This document shows, in pieces, positions 12,101-27,100 of a DNA stretch of 64,000 nt. The stretch is taken from assembly GCA_037379345.1 (NCBI GenBank), contig CM074514.1, positions 18,972,001 through 19,036,000 of the forward strand. The letters run 5' to 3'. The number at the start of each line of letters is the position of its first letter. Position 1 is the first letter of the stretch. A program made the translations under genes and the position numbers. This DNA is from Perna viridis (taxonomy: Eukaryota). The notes below the pieces were generated by a model. It was not told the DNA's origin. It did not search any database and saw nothing but the letters and a program-made list of their open reading frames with translations.

Positions 12101-15100
12101 AGGGGTTTTTTTTACCTGAAGCTGATAGGAAATTTTTAATTATTAATATCATTCTGAGTAAGAATCAGGCAATGGGTGGCACATCATTTTGGTCAATTTT
12201 GTCAGTTTTGACTTAAATATATTAAATACTGAAAAACTATTAAAATTAATCCTGAAGCATCTGTGATGTAGATAATTTTTGACTACTTATATAGGGAAAA
12301 AGTGTAGAATAATTTTCCTGCCATTTTTCCATAGTTCATTTCAACTATATTTGACCTTTCATTATATTCAAAAGACAAACTTTACAAACATTTTGATAGT
12401 GAATTCTGTATGTTATAATGTACAAATACTTGATGAATGCAGTAAATATTTGTGTTTTTTTTTCATGTCCCAACCTTATACACATTTTGCCTGATTATTA
12501 AACATAGAAGTACATAATAGCAGAAAACAAACTTACTAAAACATATTTCTCTTTAAGATAAATAATATCAATATAAGTGAAATACTATAATCATTTGTTA
12601 CATATGTACATACATATTTTATGTTAATCACTGCAAATGAACGTTACACATTTGACCAGATTAATAGGAAAAGCAGAAAATTTTATCCAGTGTTTTTTTT
12701 ACAAACCAACTGTACTAATGGCCATGGCAGTGGCATAAGTTGCAATATCAATCAATTATACATAAGTTACCATATCAATCAATTACACGCAATTTAACAT
12801 ATCAATCTATTATAAAAATGATGTGTATGAGTGATAAACCTATTAAAGTTACGCCTATAAATGTGAAGGTGAAGAATAATTCAAAAGCATATATGAGCTC
12901 AAAATCTCTTACTATGTATCACATCTTTAAACCACAAATTATATAATATTCTAAGAAGGACTTGTTATGAACTGAACATTTCTTCTGCAGAACTCATTCA
13001 CTTGTTTCAGCATTAAGAGAAAAAAGATAAGAACTTGAAAGGAAGAAAGATTTATGCAGCCCAAGGTAAAACAAAAAAGAGCCAAAAAAATGTCAAAATC
13101 CAACATTAAAATTTATACATAATACAAGATGCAAGTCTTATTTACGTAAATAGTTACTATGAACAGATTCAATACTTTTTGAGTCACAGATTACACAAAG
13201 TATGTACTATTTACAGAAAATGGTAATGAAAAGAAATTTTACAAAGCTTTATATGCTTGCTTTGGCCCCTCACTACTGAATTGTTTCTGCCATATTATAC
13301 ACAGTTGCTCTTTAAGGTTCATTTTTTACTTTAATCACAGAATTAGAATATTTCATTTGCTTTTATGAAACTTATTAAAAATAAAAACAAATTCATTTAC
13401 TGTCTAGAAATCACCTACATACCAAAAAGTAGGCCTAGGCTATGGAAAACCTTGTTTATAAATTCAAAATAATTTGATATACCAGTAAGCCATATCTTTA
13501 CTAAAAGACTTAAAAACAAATTATATTTAAATTGGTTTGAAAAAAAGACATTTCATACAAACTTTCACAATAAGGCATACTATTAGATCATTTGTAACTG
13601 CACTCTTTTTTTAATGGTAAAGTAGTTATTTCTAAAATTTCATACCAATCTATTGACTAATACTCAAGTTATTGTATAAAGTATAAGTGTCTACAGAAAA
13701 TGATGGCACCATACCATTATACTGTTGTAAAATTTTTGCTGAAATTAATAAACTATGGCGCAATCAACAAATTTTTGGCATTGATGAAATAAGATCCCAA
13801 AGAGCACCTTCCCTTTATTTCTTAAGATTCTTAAAGTTAATAGTGCAAAGCCATCATTGTAATGCTCCACTTCACAATTCTGATGATTGTACAGAAAACT
13901 GAAACACAAAAAGTTGCATACAAATTCCCATCAAACATCCAAAAGTTAGCGATTTTGCCGTTAGTATACAAACCTTATCTTGTTATATGGAATTCAATGT
14001 TAAATTTTGATAAAATGATAAAGAAACCAGATGTCAACAGCAACTTTAGTATCATAGAAAAACAGATTAACATTACTAACAAGGATCTTCTTTTATATAA
14101 ATAATGACTGTTTTGAATGAGTTAAGCTCACTGTAGGATATCCCCTACACCCCAGCTCAGAAACCATACAAAAGATTGAGTTTGAAAACAAATCCCATGG
14201 CATGATATGGACACCTATACAAAGCTTCTGTCATGAAACCAAGTGGTTATGATAGAAAAGTTGCAGAGAAAACAGGTATGCAAATTTTTGTACTCAAACC
14301 ATACTTTCAAAAAATATTATCTGTCATCAAATAGAAAGTTGATGTTGCTTCAGTCTAAAATCAATACCCTATATAAAGCTTCAAAATATTTAGTATTTGT
14401 GATAAGTAGTTACAGAGTCAATCAAAACTGTTTCAAATTTTTTTATTAAAAACATATGGTCACCAAACATAAAACAGGAAGTAGATGTCCCTGGAGTGTG
14501 AAATAGAATCCCATCATGCCTATATAAATATATATATATTCATTCACTTAGTTTAATTAACAATGCTACATATTCATATAAGACAGACAGACAGACAGAC
14601 AGACAACAGTAAGCTACAAACTACAGAATTTCACACAAGAAGTACTTACTACTGTTATCATGGTTTTCTATTAGGCAAGAAATTTCATTTTGATACATTA
14701 GATATAACTGTAAAAGTGATACTAATCATAGCAGCTATTCACATGAAATTGAACAAATACTGAAAGAGAAGCAACACTAAATGAGTTGCTAACCACCTAT
14801 ACATTGAAAGCAAACAAATGTTACAAATAACACTAAGGCACTAACAAGATACAGTACCAGGTCAAATGTATGGGCACACTTTTTATACTTTCTTTCTGAT
14901 ATTGCATTTAAAAACAAATAACCCGTCTAGTCAGTACACAATCAATTAACATCATCTTGAACACAGAGGAACATGGCAGTTCACAATTTTTTTTTTCAGA
15001 TATGATTTTGTGGTTCCAAGCTAATCATTGACAATGACCTTATACCAGTATGTAGAACATTTTTCTCACTACCAGTTAGTAAAACTGATTTAGCTAAATC

Positions 15101-18100
15101 ATTTGGAACTTGTCAGACCAGAACACAAACTTATACATTTCTCTCAAAGGTAACCAGTTTCATTTTTTTGCTTAAATTACTGTCTGATTATGAATGAATA
15201 TTTTTTGATATTTCAGATTGTCCATCCTGAGGATAAGAAACATTTGACTGAAAAGCTAACCACAAACAAACAGTGAAACCTGTCTAGAACAAATCTCTTT
15301 TTATAATGTTTAATTTAGACAAGTTGTTGGTTTACACAGGTTCAAAATACATTGCAACTTATATAGACTTCAGAAAGTGTCTGGTTTAGACAGGTTTTGG
15401 GTTTATTCAGAATTCAGTATAGACAGGTTTTGGGTTTATTCAGAATTCAGTGTAGACAGGTTTTCCTGTACTGTTGATATTTTCTTGTTACTTGTAGAAT
15501 GATTTAAAAGTTAGAAGTAAATTTTTCTGAACATTTTGGCATGACAATGTAGAATTAAATGGGGAAATGTGCAAAATACACTGACCAGGTACTAATAGTT
15601 TAACATCGAAGACTTCATGGCAGTTGTTATAGTCTGTGGTTATTAAGCAGTCATTGGATAAAATTTATAAAAATCAAATCAGTTCCCACCAAGTATTATT
15701 TTTTTCTATTCAGACATCTACATATTCAAAAGATTTTTCAGATATTTCTTTTTATAATCAAATAAATGGAATTGTGCGAGTAATACTGCACAGACAATGA
15801 ATTGAACTGAGATCACTTCATAATACTGTTTCATAACAAGCCATAAGAACATTCTCTAGCATATTTATAGGACTCTACGACTTGGTTTGAACTGCCATAT
15901 ATTTAGCAAAGTACAACTGATTCAACACAATATACCTTTATATGGATTAAGAGCTTCATCTCCCAGTAAATGGACAATAACTTTACCAATCTGTAACAAC
16001 AAGTCAGCGGGCTGGTCATAGAAGACACTGACAGGACGACAACAAAAATATTCTCCCCAAGATTGCTGTTAAAATATAAAGAAAAAATTGTATTTAAGTA
16101 AATATGAGCTACATTGTATTTTTACAATACTACAAGCATGCAGTGTTTTAATGTAGGCCAACCAAAAAATTTATGATTTGAACGGTATTGTAGCCCAACC
16201 AAGACTACATGTGTCTTTCTTATAAAAATAGAAAATAACAGGAAAACAGCTTTTTATACAACTGATGAGTGTTTAAATATTGTAAATATATGTAATATAA
16301 TCTAAAAGAATGATGTGAAGTTTCATTAAAAATAGCTATCCATAAATAAAAAATCCTTTAAAAAGTAGTACTGTACATTTATCAAATATTTTCACCTAAA
16401 AGAGGTATACTTCATTAAAACTGTGTCTAAATTTTGGCCATTAATGACATAGTTTTCATTATTTATCATAAAATAAAATAAATAAATACACAAAAAATAA
16501 AAAGGTCACCAGATTTTCAATCAGTATTCATATCCAAATCAAGCATGATCAATGAAAAGCACATCACTGAAATAGCTTTTCACATATATACCTAATTTTT
16601 TCTTAACAAAAACACTTTGCCATTATAATATCAAAGTAATGGACATTAAAATCTACTTTTATAAGTCTGGCATGAATGAGCCCTTAAATATCATTAACCC
16701 TGTGAATTCAAGAGAAACAAGTGAATGCTTCATGATAACGATACTCTACTTGTCATGATATTTCATGCTAAGGATACCCCATCTGTTTAAAAATTACCTA
16801 GAAAACGTAAATTGAATTCCGACAGAACTAAAAATAGGGCATCTAACAGGGCATTAAATGATACCCTGCCACTTTGCAAAAAATGTTTGGAGGGTAAAAA
16901 TAATAAACCGTAGGGACAGATGGACGGACCCTAACACAACTTTCTGGACGGTATCAAATAATACCATGCCATTCCATGTGGCAGGGTATAAAAATTAGGG
17001 ATGATATACCCAATATATGAAACCTTTGTTATTAATTTGATAGAGATTTAAGCTGACAAAACTGTGACAAAATTTTAAATGATAAACATGCTATTCTTAC
17101 AGTCAGAGATGTATCAAATAAGAAGTTGGAGTCTGGCAAAATACAAAATAGTAGACAATTTAAAACTCATCATGTAAAGTGGTGTATTTAACCTTTTCAA
17201 TTATTCTACCATGCAAAGCAGAACAAATCCTGTAGAACAGACAACGTAACTGCAGTATAGCCACTCCTCTAACAATCAGGAGTGTTTGCAGTGTAATAAT
17301 TGCTACTTTGGAAGTCCCAGTAACAGCATTCTTTTTGCGTCCATCATAAATGATTTTGTTCAGTACCACCATACATCTAATACCTTTAACCTTTAACCTT
17401 TAACCAGTACACATAATAAAGCAGCATTCACACTTTTAGTGGTAATAGTAAATAACTTAACCAAAAAATTCAAGCAAGCTTAGACGTAAAATAGTTTAAT
17501 TTGTTACAGGCATAAATCAAGTGTCATGTGACATATAAAAAATACACTGTTATGTGTGTACATAACAGAAAAAAGCAGAAAGGAAAAAATATCTACTCAG
17601 TAACAGCTAAATTAAAAATTCAGCTGCTGAAACAGTACACTAAATTGCACTGAGTCACTGAGTATACACATGGTGTGTATATTAATTGAATATATGATAC
17701 CAAATCATCTTCACAATGTCAGGACTCTTGTGTCCACATACACGATAGAATACAGAAGTCTTGACATTGTGAGAATGTACCAAAGTGTGAATTACAAATA
17801 AATACTTGTTTAATATATATAGTCATGCATTGCAAAATTCTTGAGTTTTTACAATAAGTTTTCTAAGATTTCAAGAACAGGGATATTTTGTTTTCATTAT
17901 AATGACAGCCCTTATTAATAAAGTTTTTTTGTTTCACAAGTGAAATAATTTTTGTCTAAAATCATGACTTTGCGATGTGAACAGGTAATATGGTATTAAA
18001 TGACATCATTAAATGTCACTGCCCTATAACCATTCTCTGAAAGTTCACATTGTTATAAGTACTTCTCTGTCTAAGAATCAGGCATAATGTGTATAAGGCG

Positions 18101-21100
18101 TGGCACATAAAGAAAAAAAATGCAGAGATTTTATTGCATTATCCAAGTATTTATACCTCATAACCTCCAGAAATAAACATAAAATTGCTGGTAAAGTTTG
18201 CCTTTTTAAAATACTGACATGCCAAATTTAGCTGAAATGCTCTATTGAAAATTTGAAAATTTTTGCAAGCATTTCATCCCAATATAAGCAGTCAAAAAAT
18301 ATCTAAATCACAGATGCCTCAGGACAAACTTAAATAACTTTTCAGTTATTTTCTAGATGTACTGAATATATTTGAGGCAAAAAAGACCAAACTGAGAATT
18401 ATGCTATGCCACCCATTGCCTGATTCTTACACAGAATGTACCTATTTTAAGGATTTGCCCCTACTAGAATTAATAGATAGCTCCATGTAAACCTAATGGC
18501 AACTTAAAAATCATTTTAATCAAAAATCAATAATCAAAATAGCAGGTGCATAAGTATATCATGCATCAAACATTCCCGCTAAGTTTCATATACTAAGTAA
18601 GTCGTTTAGGAAAAGTTCGGTAAAACAGGACATAAAAATGTATTGTGAAAGTACTATTGTTCGTGGGATATTAATTTTTGTGGTTTTCATCGGTAGGCTA
18701 AACCACAAAATTTGGTTCCCAATGAAAAGGAGATTTCCATTGATGTGTATACTAAATGCCTCAAAACCACAAATTCAAGAATCCATGAATGTGTTTCTTC
18801 CCTAATCCACGAAAATTGGTATCCACAAATTAAAGTACTTTTACAGTAATATTGAATTCTCCAATGATTTAAGCAAGTGGCTAAAATAGACAAGAGCTGT
18901 ATACATAATAGAACTTTTTTTGTTTTAAATATTGACATGGAGTAAACTTTCAATACAGATTTTATAAAGAGGGGTCAATGTTCATCTTGTTGATAAATTC
19001 CTCTCAGATAATAAATAGATATTGAGTTTGTTGTTGGTGAGTAATTACTGTGAACACTGCAAATGTTATCCATGTGACTATACTCACCGAAAGTTTATAC
19101 TATGGTATTAATACGAAACTATTTAAATCAAGTTGTTAAGGATTAAATCTTACATAAATATTTAAAGAAAAGTTTGCAAAATTCTAATAACAAATTCTTA
19201 ATTTAAGACCTTTAGGACAATACTTGGATGACAGAAAAACCCACAAAAATCAATGTTTTTTATGTCAATCCCTAATGCCAGAATATATTATTTAACAATT
19301 TTATCATCAGTGGATCATCTTCAGTCTATATCAAAAATACAAAATAGTGGTGGCACTGACAAACAATCCTTTATCAACTTATTTGATAAAGTTCTAAGAA
19401 TTTAATCATGTTACAATACTTTTTAATATTAATTAATTTGGTTATACAACTATTTGACAATAAAAATGGAAATGGTTCAAAATAATTTTGGTCAAAGTCA
19501 TGGAAACTTGTGTGATAATAAATTAATCAATCAACAGTGATAGTGAATAAAATTAGAAGGAAGAAATATTCATCACTGTTTTAATTCTTAGCTTCCAAAA
19601 CTGACCATAAAGTGAAAGAGCAATCTTTTTTCAAACCAATGTCTTTAAGAAGAAAAAAGAACAGATATTGTGAAATACAACTAATACACCAGTGTTAACA
19701 TTAGTACAAAATAATACTGTCAGATGTTACCAAAAGGTCACCAACAAGTATGTTACACTATTTAGCTAAACAATGTATTGTTTTTTTACTTTCATTATAA
19801 CCAAATAAACAAATTACTATCTCCAATCAAGTTCCCTGTAAATGACTATTCAAAAAAACTATTAGAAAGGGTGAATATACAATACAACTCAACAAATCAA
19901 TCACCTTTTACATACCTTCAAATACATGATATGATTATAAAGTAACTGAGCAGCCCTGTCTGACTTGTCCTTCAAACACTGAAATAAAATGGTTGAGTCT
20001 ACAGAAATAGAAATCCTAGTCAAGGTTTCAGTTAAAATGACATTCCCTAAACCTTAATAAAGGGTGTAGTAAAACACAAATCTTATTTGGTGATACCAAA
20101 AAGTGATAAAATTAACTTATTATATAAATAGCTGTGATTTATCTATTGTTCTCTGTGTAAAAATTTTCAATAATTCACACTGAAATAAGTTCAATATTTC
20201 ACTCTCAGACTCTCTCGTGCCAAATATTACAAGACATCACAACATGTATATCAATCTATCATTCACAAAATTTAAATATTATCTAGCAAAAAGCAACAAA
20301 AAAGGAAATAGGATAATCAACCGGTGAATAACCAATAATAATAACTTGTGCCAAGAACGCATTTAGACTAACCTCGTGTGCTGAACAAGTTATACACACT
20401 CCTTAAATCTAGGCGTTCTTCAACACTCATTATCATATTTTGTTTATACACTCTTTCCAGTTAATTATCCTGAAGTGATAGGCAGGAATTTGACTATTGT
20501 TTACATATCTGTAACCTCTCCATCATTTTGATGGAGACTCCAACATTTGAGTTTTGTCTCAAACAAAGCATGTCTTTTGTGTGGGAGGCTTAAAACTCCC
20601 ATTTAGAAAGATTTCTCACGAATTATAAAGCCCCCATTGAAAGTTTAAAAAAAATTCCAACCAAAAGACAACATACTCATTATCTAAAGTTAACAGGTAT
20701 GCTTTTTATCATCTGATAAGAAAGTGAATTCAAAGTACTTCATTGAAACACTTTGGACACAACCAACTTATCTTACCTTTTTACAAAAAATATGCTTGTT
20801 TTACTAGACAGATGATTTTGCATGCTATCAAATAACACTCATATTCTTTCATTCATATTTGTAATGAGGTTTAAATTCAAAATTTAAAGATTATATAAAT
20901 CATTCATAAAATGACTGAAAAGTTCTTCATGTTAAGATAGGTCACAGACCTCAAACCTTTTCTTATATTTACTGTGTGAAAATGAGTATAAAAAGAATAT
21001 AAGTTTCTTACATTAGCATAAATGTTCCACAGATTATTAACATCTAAGAATTGCTCCATATCTGTAGCATTGTCTAGGAAAAGCTTCACAAATTCTGTTC

Positions 21101-24100
21101 TGTTCTGTATTAATGATTTGACCATTGCATCATCTAATTTCATTTGCTATAAATAAAACCAAAGACAAAATAATTATATGTATTTTTTTTTCAGTGTAAC
21201 TTTCATTTTCAACTGTTCCAAAAAATCTCAATGGTCCCACTACATAGTTCTTTTAAGTAACAATAACATTGAATTCTGACCTGTTTCTTTTTGGATGAAT
21301 AAGTGTAAAAAAATTAGAGAAAGCTGGCAGTGAGTAACAATCATCAACAAAAGTTTTATGTATGGGATGGTTCGTTTTTTCTGGTATTACCATACTAGAT
21401 CTATTCTGCATTGGCTCTCATCTGGATTAATTCAAGCTTTAAACATGAGTAACAGGAGTCTAATGTCAGAAGGCTGATGTAATTAAAAAATAAATCCATG
21501 CAAATTGCCAAAGTATGAAAATAATATATTTCATGGTTTTTTTTAAGTGTATATAAATATATTTTAAAAAAAGAATACTTTAACCCATAGGAAAGGAAAA
21601 AGGAAAATTACCAAATGATTGCTCAAGTTCAACAATATAACCTATATACACCTCTGTTCCAATTGTTGAATTCATAATCAAAGGAGTTAATATAAATAGA
21701 CAATAATAGTGCACTGACTCGGCATAAAACTGAAGAGGATTAGAACTGCAGGAAAATGTTAGGCAGTTTGAGTCATATTTCTATATCAAAGTTTTTGTCA
21801 AGTCAGTGCACAGTTACTGTCTACATACTGCAACAAAAATTTTAAAAGAAAAATGACGTTTAAGGAAAAAACACTAAGTTTTTTTATTACATGTATAAGT
21901 GGGCAACATCCTGGCAACTTCAAAACAATGTAATGTTTGTGATGTCACAACAAAAAGTTGTATTCAGTCACTGAATATATATCACTTGTAAATACATGGT
22001 TAATGCAAAAAGAACAGTTGCAGTATAAATAAATGTTGTAGATGTAAAGTTGTACAGTAAAACCTGTCTAAACCAAACCCTGAATAAACAAAAAGCCTGT
22101 CGAAACCATTTAAGTCCACTCTTACCAGTTTAATGTATTGTGGACCTGGTCAAACCAAACCCCTGTCTATACTGAACAACTGCTACAGTCCATAAGTGGT
22201 TTTGGTTAGACAGGTTTCAGTGTAAACCTTGCCACCATATTTGGAGATTTACTTAGACTGCTTCACTTACAATAGAATTTACACTTTCAACTTTTTTCTG
22301 AATTGATAACTTAATTTAATATTGTGCACAACATTGAATATTATGCAAAAAAGCTTTAAAACATTACTTAAATATACCCAAAAATAATCTGTAAACAAGG
22401 CTTACCTGCAGTCCCTGGTATAAAGATAATTACAGAGTTGCCAAATTTTACTAAACTACATGAAGTTACTAAAAGTCTACCTTAATTAAAAGTTACAAAA
22501 CATTACAATACACATTTGCAGACTTTAAGTCAAGCACATTTTAAATTACTAGTAAATATATAACTCTAAGAAATTTGCTGCATTTGACATTTCCCAAGCA
22601 AGAATTTCATTTTTAGCCTAATAATGAAGCTTTTGAGGTCTTACATGATGTAGGATTATCTAAATAATATTTTGAAAATTTTTCAATAAAATACCCAACT
22701 CTAAAATCAAACTAATTCTAAAAGGCCATAGAGTTAACAAACCTGTAGTTTCTCCTTGTTGGCAACTTTAAATATTTCATTCTTGGCAATATCACTCCTA
22801 TTCCATGTCAGAGCAAGAGATAGCTGTGCATCTGTGCTGGACTTGTTAGCTAAAATACAACCACTTATAGGTCAACAATGTCATTGAAAAATACAACAGA
22901 AGATATATGGTCATTTTCAAAAGACATATTGATTTCTTGATCTGTCAGAAATGTTAGTACAAAAATAAACATATTTTACTTATGTGAGGGTAAATCGTTA
23001 GTACATGTTATCTAGTACATTACCTTTAAATAAAGAAATCAAAATGGCTTCATCCATCTCTTCCTTAGCACTCTCAAGATCATAAATGTGAATCTGTAAA
23101 AAAAACTGTCTTGATACAAAGTTTGTGGGTTTTTGTAAAACCCATGTAGATTAACATTCAACCAATTATCATTATAATAACCTAGAGTATTTTCAATTTA
23201 TCATCTCACATTTGGATGAACAGACAGACAGACAATAATATACCATAATATATCTATGAAAAATAACACTGATACCCACTTGACATCATGGTTTATATGA
23301 ATGCTTAGAGGGCAGCTTGATTATGCTAAACAATTTAGGCAAGTATGGACACAACATTCAAACTTGATACAGCTCTGCATTTGGATTGTAATTAAATGAT
23401 TGCTACAGCATAGGATTTTGACACTGTACAAAAGTGTTAAAAAAACTAAAAAATTGAAAGAAAATATTTGCTATTTAATTTCTAAATATCCAAGGAGAAA
23501 AAAATCAAAAGCTTCAAAGACCCTAAGAATTCAATTGTTCTTGAAATTAAACAAATTTTTATTTTTTCTCCTCTGGACCTCAATGTGGACTAATTCAAAA
23601 ACAAAATAAAAAAGTTCAAAACACAGTTATCCACTCATAATGAAAATTCCCCTGAATTCCTTTTTTCTTTGTTAAAACCATTCGAAGTTTTATACTGGTA
23701 TATATCGTTAAGATTCAACATATCAAAGAAACCTAATTATTTAACAATATTGCAGTGGGTCAAAAATAAGAAATTTATACAAAGTTCCAGAAAATGCTTG
23801 CAATTAAAACCTTTTTGGCCCCTGAATGAAAAGAAATGAAAAATCTTATTTTCAATCCAGAAATCTCCTTTTTTAAAATTGTTTACCATTAAAAACATAA
23901 CTAAACTATCTACCAAACTGACCATGTTTCTCTTTTGTAAGACCTCTCTTAGTTGTTTGACAGCATTGTTAATCAACGCTGGTTTCCTTTGGGCATCAGA
24001 GGCCCTCCATTCAAACAGCTCTTCAGCAAAACCTTCCATTATTTGCTCAAAATTGCTAGCAAATGTACTCTTGTCGATCCTAGTAAATTAAAAAAATGTA

Positions 24101-27100
24101 AAGTATATTAAATATTCTTCTACTGGTCTAAAAAATAAAGATTACAGTCTTCCTCTCAGAAATCTTTTTTCTACTGTAGCATTTTTTTATACATGCTAAC
24201 AGTTTATTTTTAATGATAGACTATAGCATAGTTTCAAGAAAGAATTTTTTTCACAAAATTTTATTACTACTCTTTTTCAAAAAATAAGCTAATAAATTAA
24301 GGTAAAACAATTTTTACTGTCTATCTCCTGTAAAAGGTATGCTTGTTTGTCTATAGCCCTCTGCTATAAAGTCAGCAGCCCTGCCAGACCCATCAAGGAC
24401 CAGTACTGGAACATCATTCTTAATAGATTCCCATACAGTTTTCATAGAGTTGATCCCACCATTGACAACTATCATCACTACAGGTACATTAACACCTAAA
24501 ATGTCCAAAAAAAGTAAAAAACCAATATTCTTTATATGACATAAGTGTAGGTTTGGTTTAAATTGTTTACCACTGTCAACAAAAACAAGAAAAGTCTGTA
24601 GTTTTTACAAAAAAACTTTCATTTGATATGCACTCCATTAACTGGATTAGTTCCGCAGGAAAAATAATCGGGTACAAGCAATGAATTTATTCCAAGTTTT
24701 TTAAATTGGTTATCACATGACTGATATACAAATTTTATATTTTAATATTTAATATTATTTATTGTACCGGTATTCAGACACAACTGAACATTTTGTGCTA
24801 AGCTGCTCAAAAACTATGGAGCTATGAAATGATTTATGGCACCAGTGTATACATGTATCTCAAATAACATACAGTGATCTGTTGGACATTGTGTTATGCA
24901 AGAATATCGACTTCAACATATCCAAACATGAGGAGTTAAAGTTCCAATTTACAGAAGTAAAATACTGTTCAAAGCTATAAAATATGAGTTTGTGTCTTAG
25001 ATGTTGAAAATCATTACAATGTATTATACCCATCTTATATATATACATATAAAAGCCTCAGAATCTGACAACTTTATAGAGTCATTGTATTCTGAGACAT
25101 TTGTATAAAATTGATTTGTTGTGACTTGTATTGTTAATTTGATCCTCTATTCTACATAACAACACCTACATGAGCTGTCCCGTACTACTATACATTGTGT
25201 ACTAAGTTACAGCCCTAGATTAATCCTAAGAGAAGGAATGACTCGGCTAGCAAAAGCTATATTTTTATATAACCTAATTGGTCGAGTGGTCTAAGGCCCT
25301 AGACTTGTGCAGGAGTTGTCAGAAGGTAAGAGTTTGAGTTATGCGGAGGGAATGACCAAAAATTTGCTTTGCACATTTGTCAGTTCTAACATCGTTGGGA
25401 ATTTTTCAGGCCCTTCTATATATATGTGTGACATCTATGGCAACACCTGCACAAAGTCCAGCACCCTAGACCACTCGACCAGCTAGGCTATATAGGTATT
25501 CCCATATTCTCCTGTTTAGAAGTAGTACCCTCTTAACCAAATAAGTTTTCTATACTCTGGACCACTGTTTTGTTGAGATACATAACTTTAACTTAGACTC
25601 ACCAAATCTAACATTCTATAGACTGTTGAGATATAAGACCCTCTAACTTGGACTAAGCTTATACTTACATTCTTTAAACTCTTGATCACATATTTCTTTT
25701 AGATAAATAATCCCTTAATTCAGACTCAGCTAATACTTACATTCTCTAGAATTAGGATCACACACTTGTTGGGATATGTAACCCTCTAACTTAGATCTCA
25801 GCTGAATTTCTCCACCAAATTTATTTTCAGTGCCATCATCTACCAGTATAAAGTGTGTATGGTTACTGTCTAGTTCAACCTTCTTCCCAACTTTACGTTC
25901 TACCCTCAATTTACTATACATGGCAGGAAATAAGCCATTCTTCAGATCCTAAAAGAGAGAAATAAATGAAAGCAATAACACTTTGTACAAATTTTCATCT
26001 ATTGTCCAAGGCAAGTTGCCTTAAAAAAATATTACTTTTTGTGTACAATTTCTATATTTACTATCTAGGCCTGGTTGCACTTTCAAAGTGAAAAAAAGAC
26101 TTTTCAGCTCAAACTATTATATTTCAGGCTGTTCAGGTACCAATTTCCAACTTTTCCCCTTTCTTTAAGTAGACAATAAATTTCTCTTTGTTGCTGCTGT
26201 CCTATTATTTACTATATACAGGACCATATACATAATAATGTTAAAGTTTTTGATCACAATTGTCTCTAATGACTGCCGAAGCAGTAAGTTTGACTCTCAT
26301 TGTCTCTTTACAGTTGAGAGTATATGTAAACCACAAGAGTCATATGTTTCAAAAACAATTTTTTTTTGCACATCTAGGCATTATTATTTAGTTATGTGCT
26401 AGATTTTATTTTAACTTAATGTAAGTACAGGAGATTACAAAAGATGCATATGTTTTTTATTATAAAGATTGCCTAACATATGCAAACAGTTGAAGGTCTG
26501 ACACATTTGTTTTTATTGACATTAAGGGAAAATACAAAATTCACCATCACTGTTTGGTTAAAATAAATATTTTCCTAAAATTGAAATGACTGTTGTATAA
26601 CTGGACTTCTTACATCATCTCCATCAAGATATTCATTGCCAGAGACAACACCCCACGTGGCTATTCCTAATGCAACAATATTATCTCTCTTTCCAAATGT
26701 TATAAAATGATCCCTGATTGCCTCCCCTACAAACTCCATTACACCTGTACTGGTTCCTCCTGTGATTATCCAAGCACCTGCAAAGTAATATCGTCAGATA
26801 TAACCATACCAAGCTCATTTTCAGTCATAATATTGTAAGATATATCTAAATGACATTGTCAGATATAACCAAATGAACTTGTAAAATATAACCATGACAG
26901 GTAATAATTTACCTGAGAGCTTAACATTAATTTTCACGAAAATTTGTCTAATTTAACATTAAATGTATTGCAACCTTTTAAATTACTTCTAATAACATTT
27001 TCAAAGTTATATATCTAAAGAATTAATTACACAATACAGAACTTCAGAAAATAAAGCCTGATCAAAATACTGCAGGTGTGCCAATGATACAACTAATGAT

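Noticed and set aside
17160-17376. Extra TRPM exon candidate
   Set aside because: From the nearest acceptor the required phase-0 frame hits TGA; no TRPM similarity.
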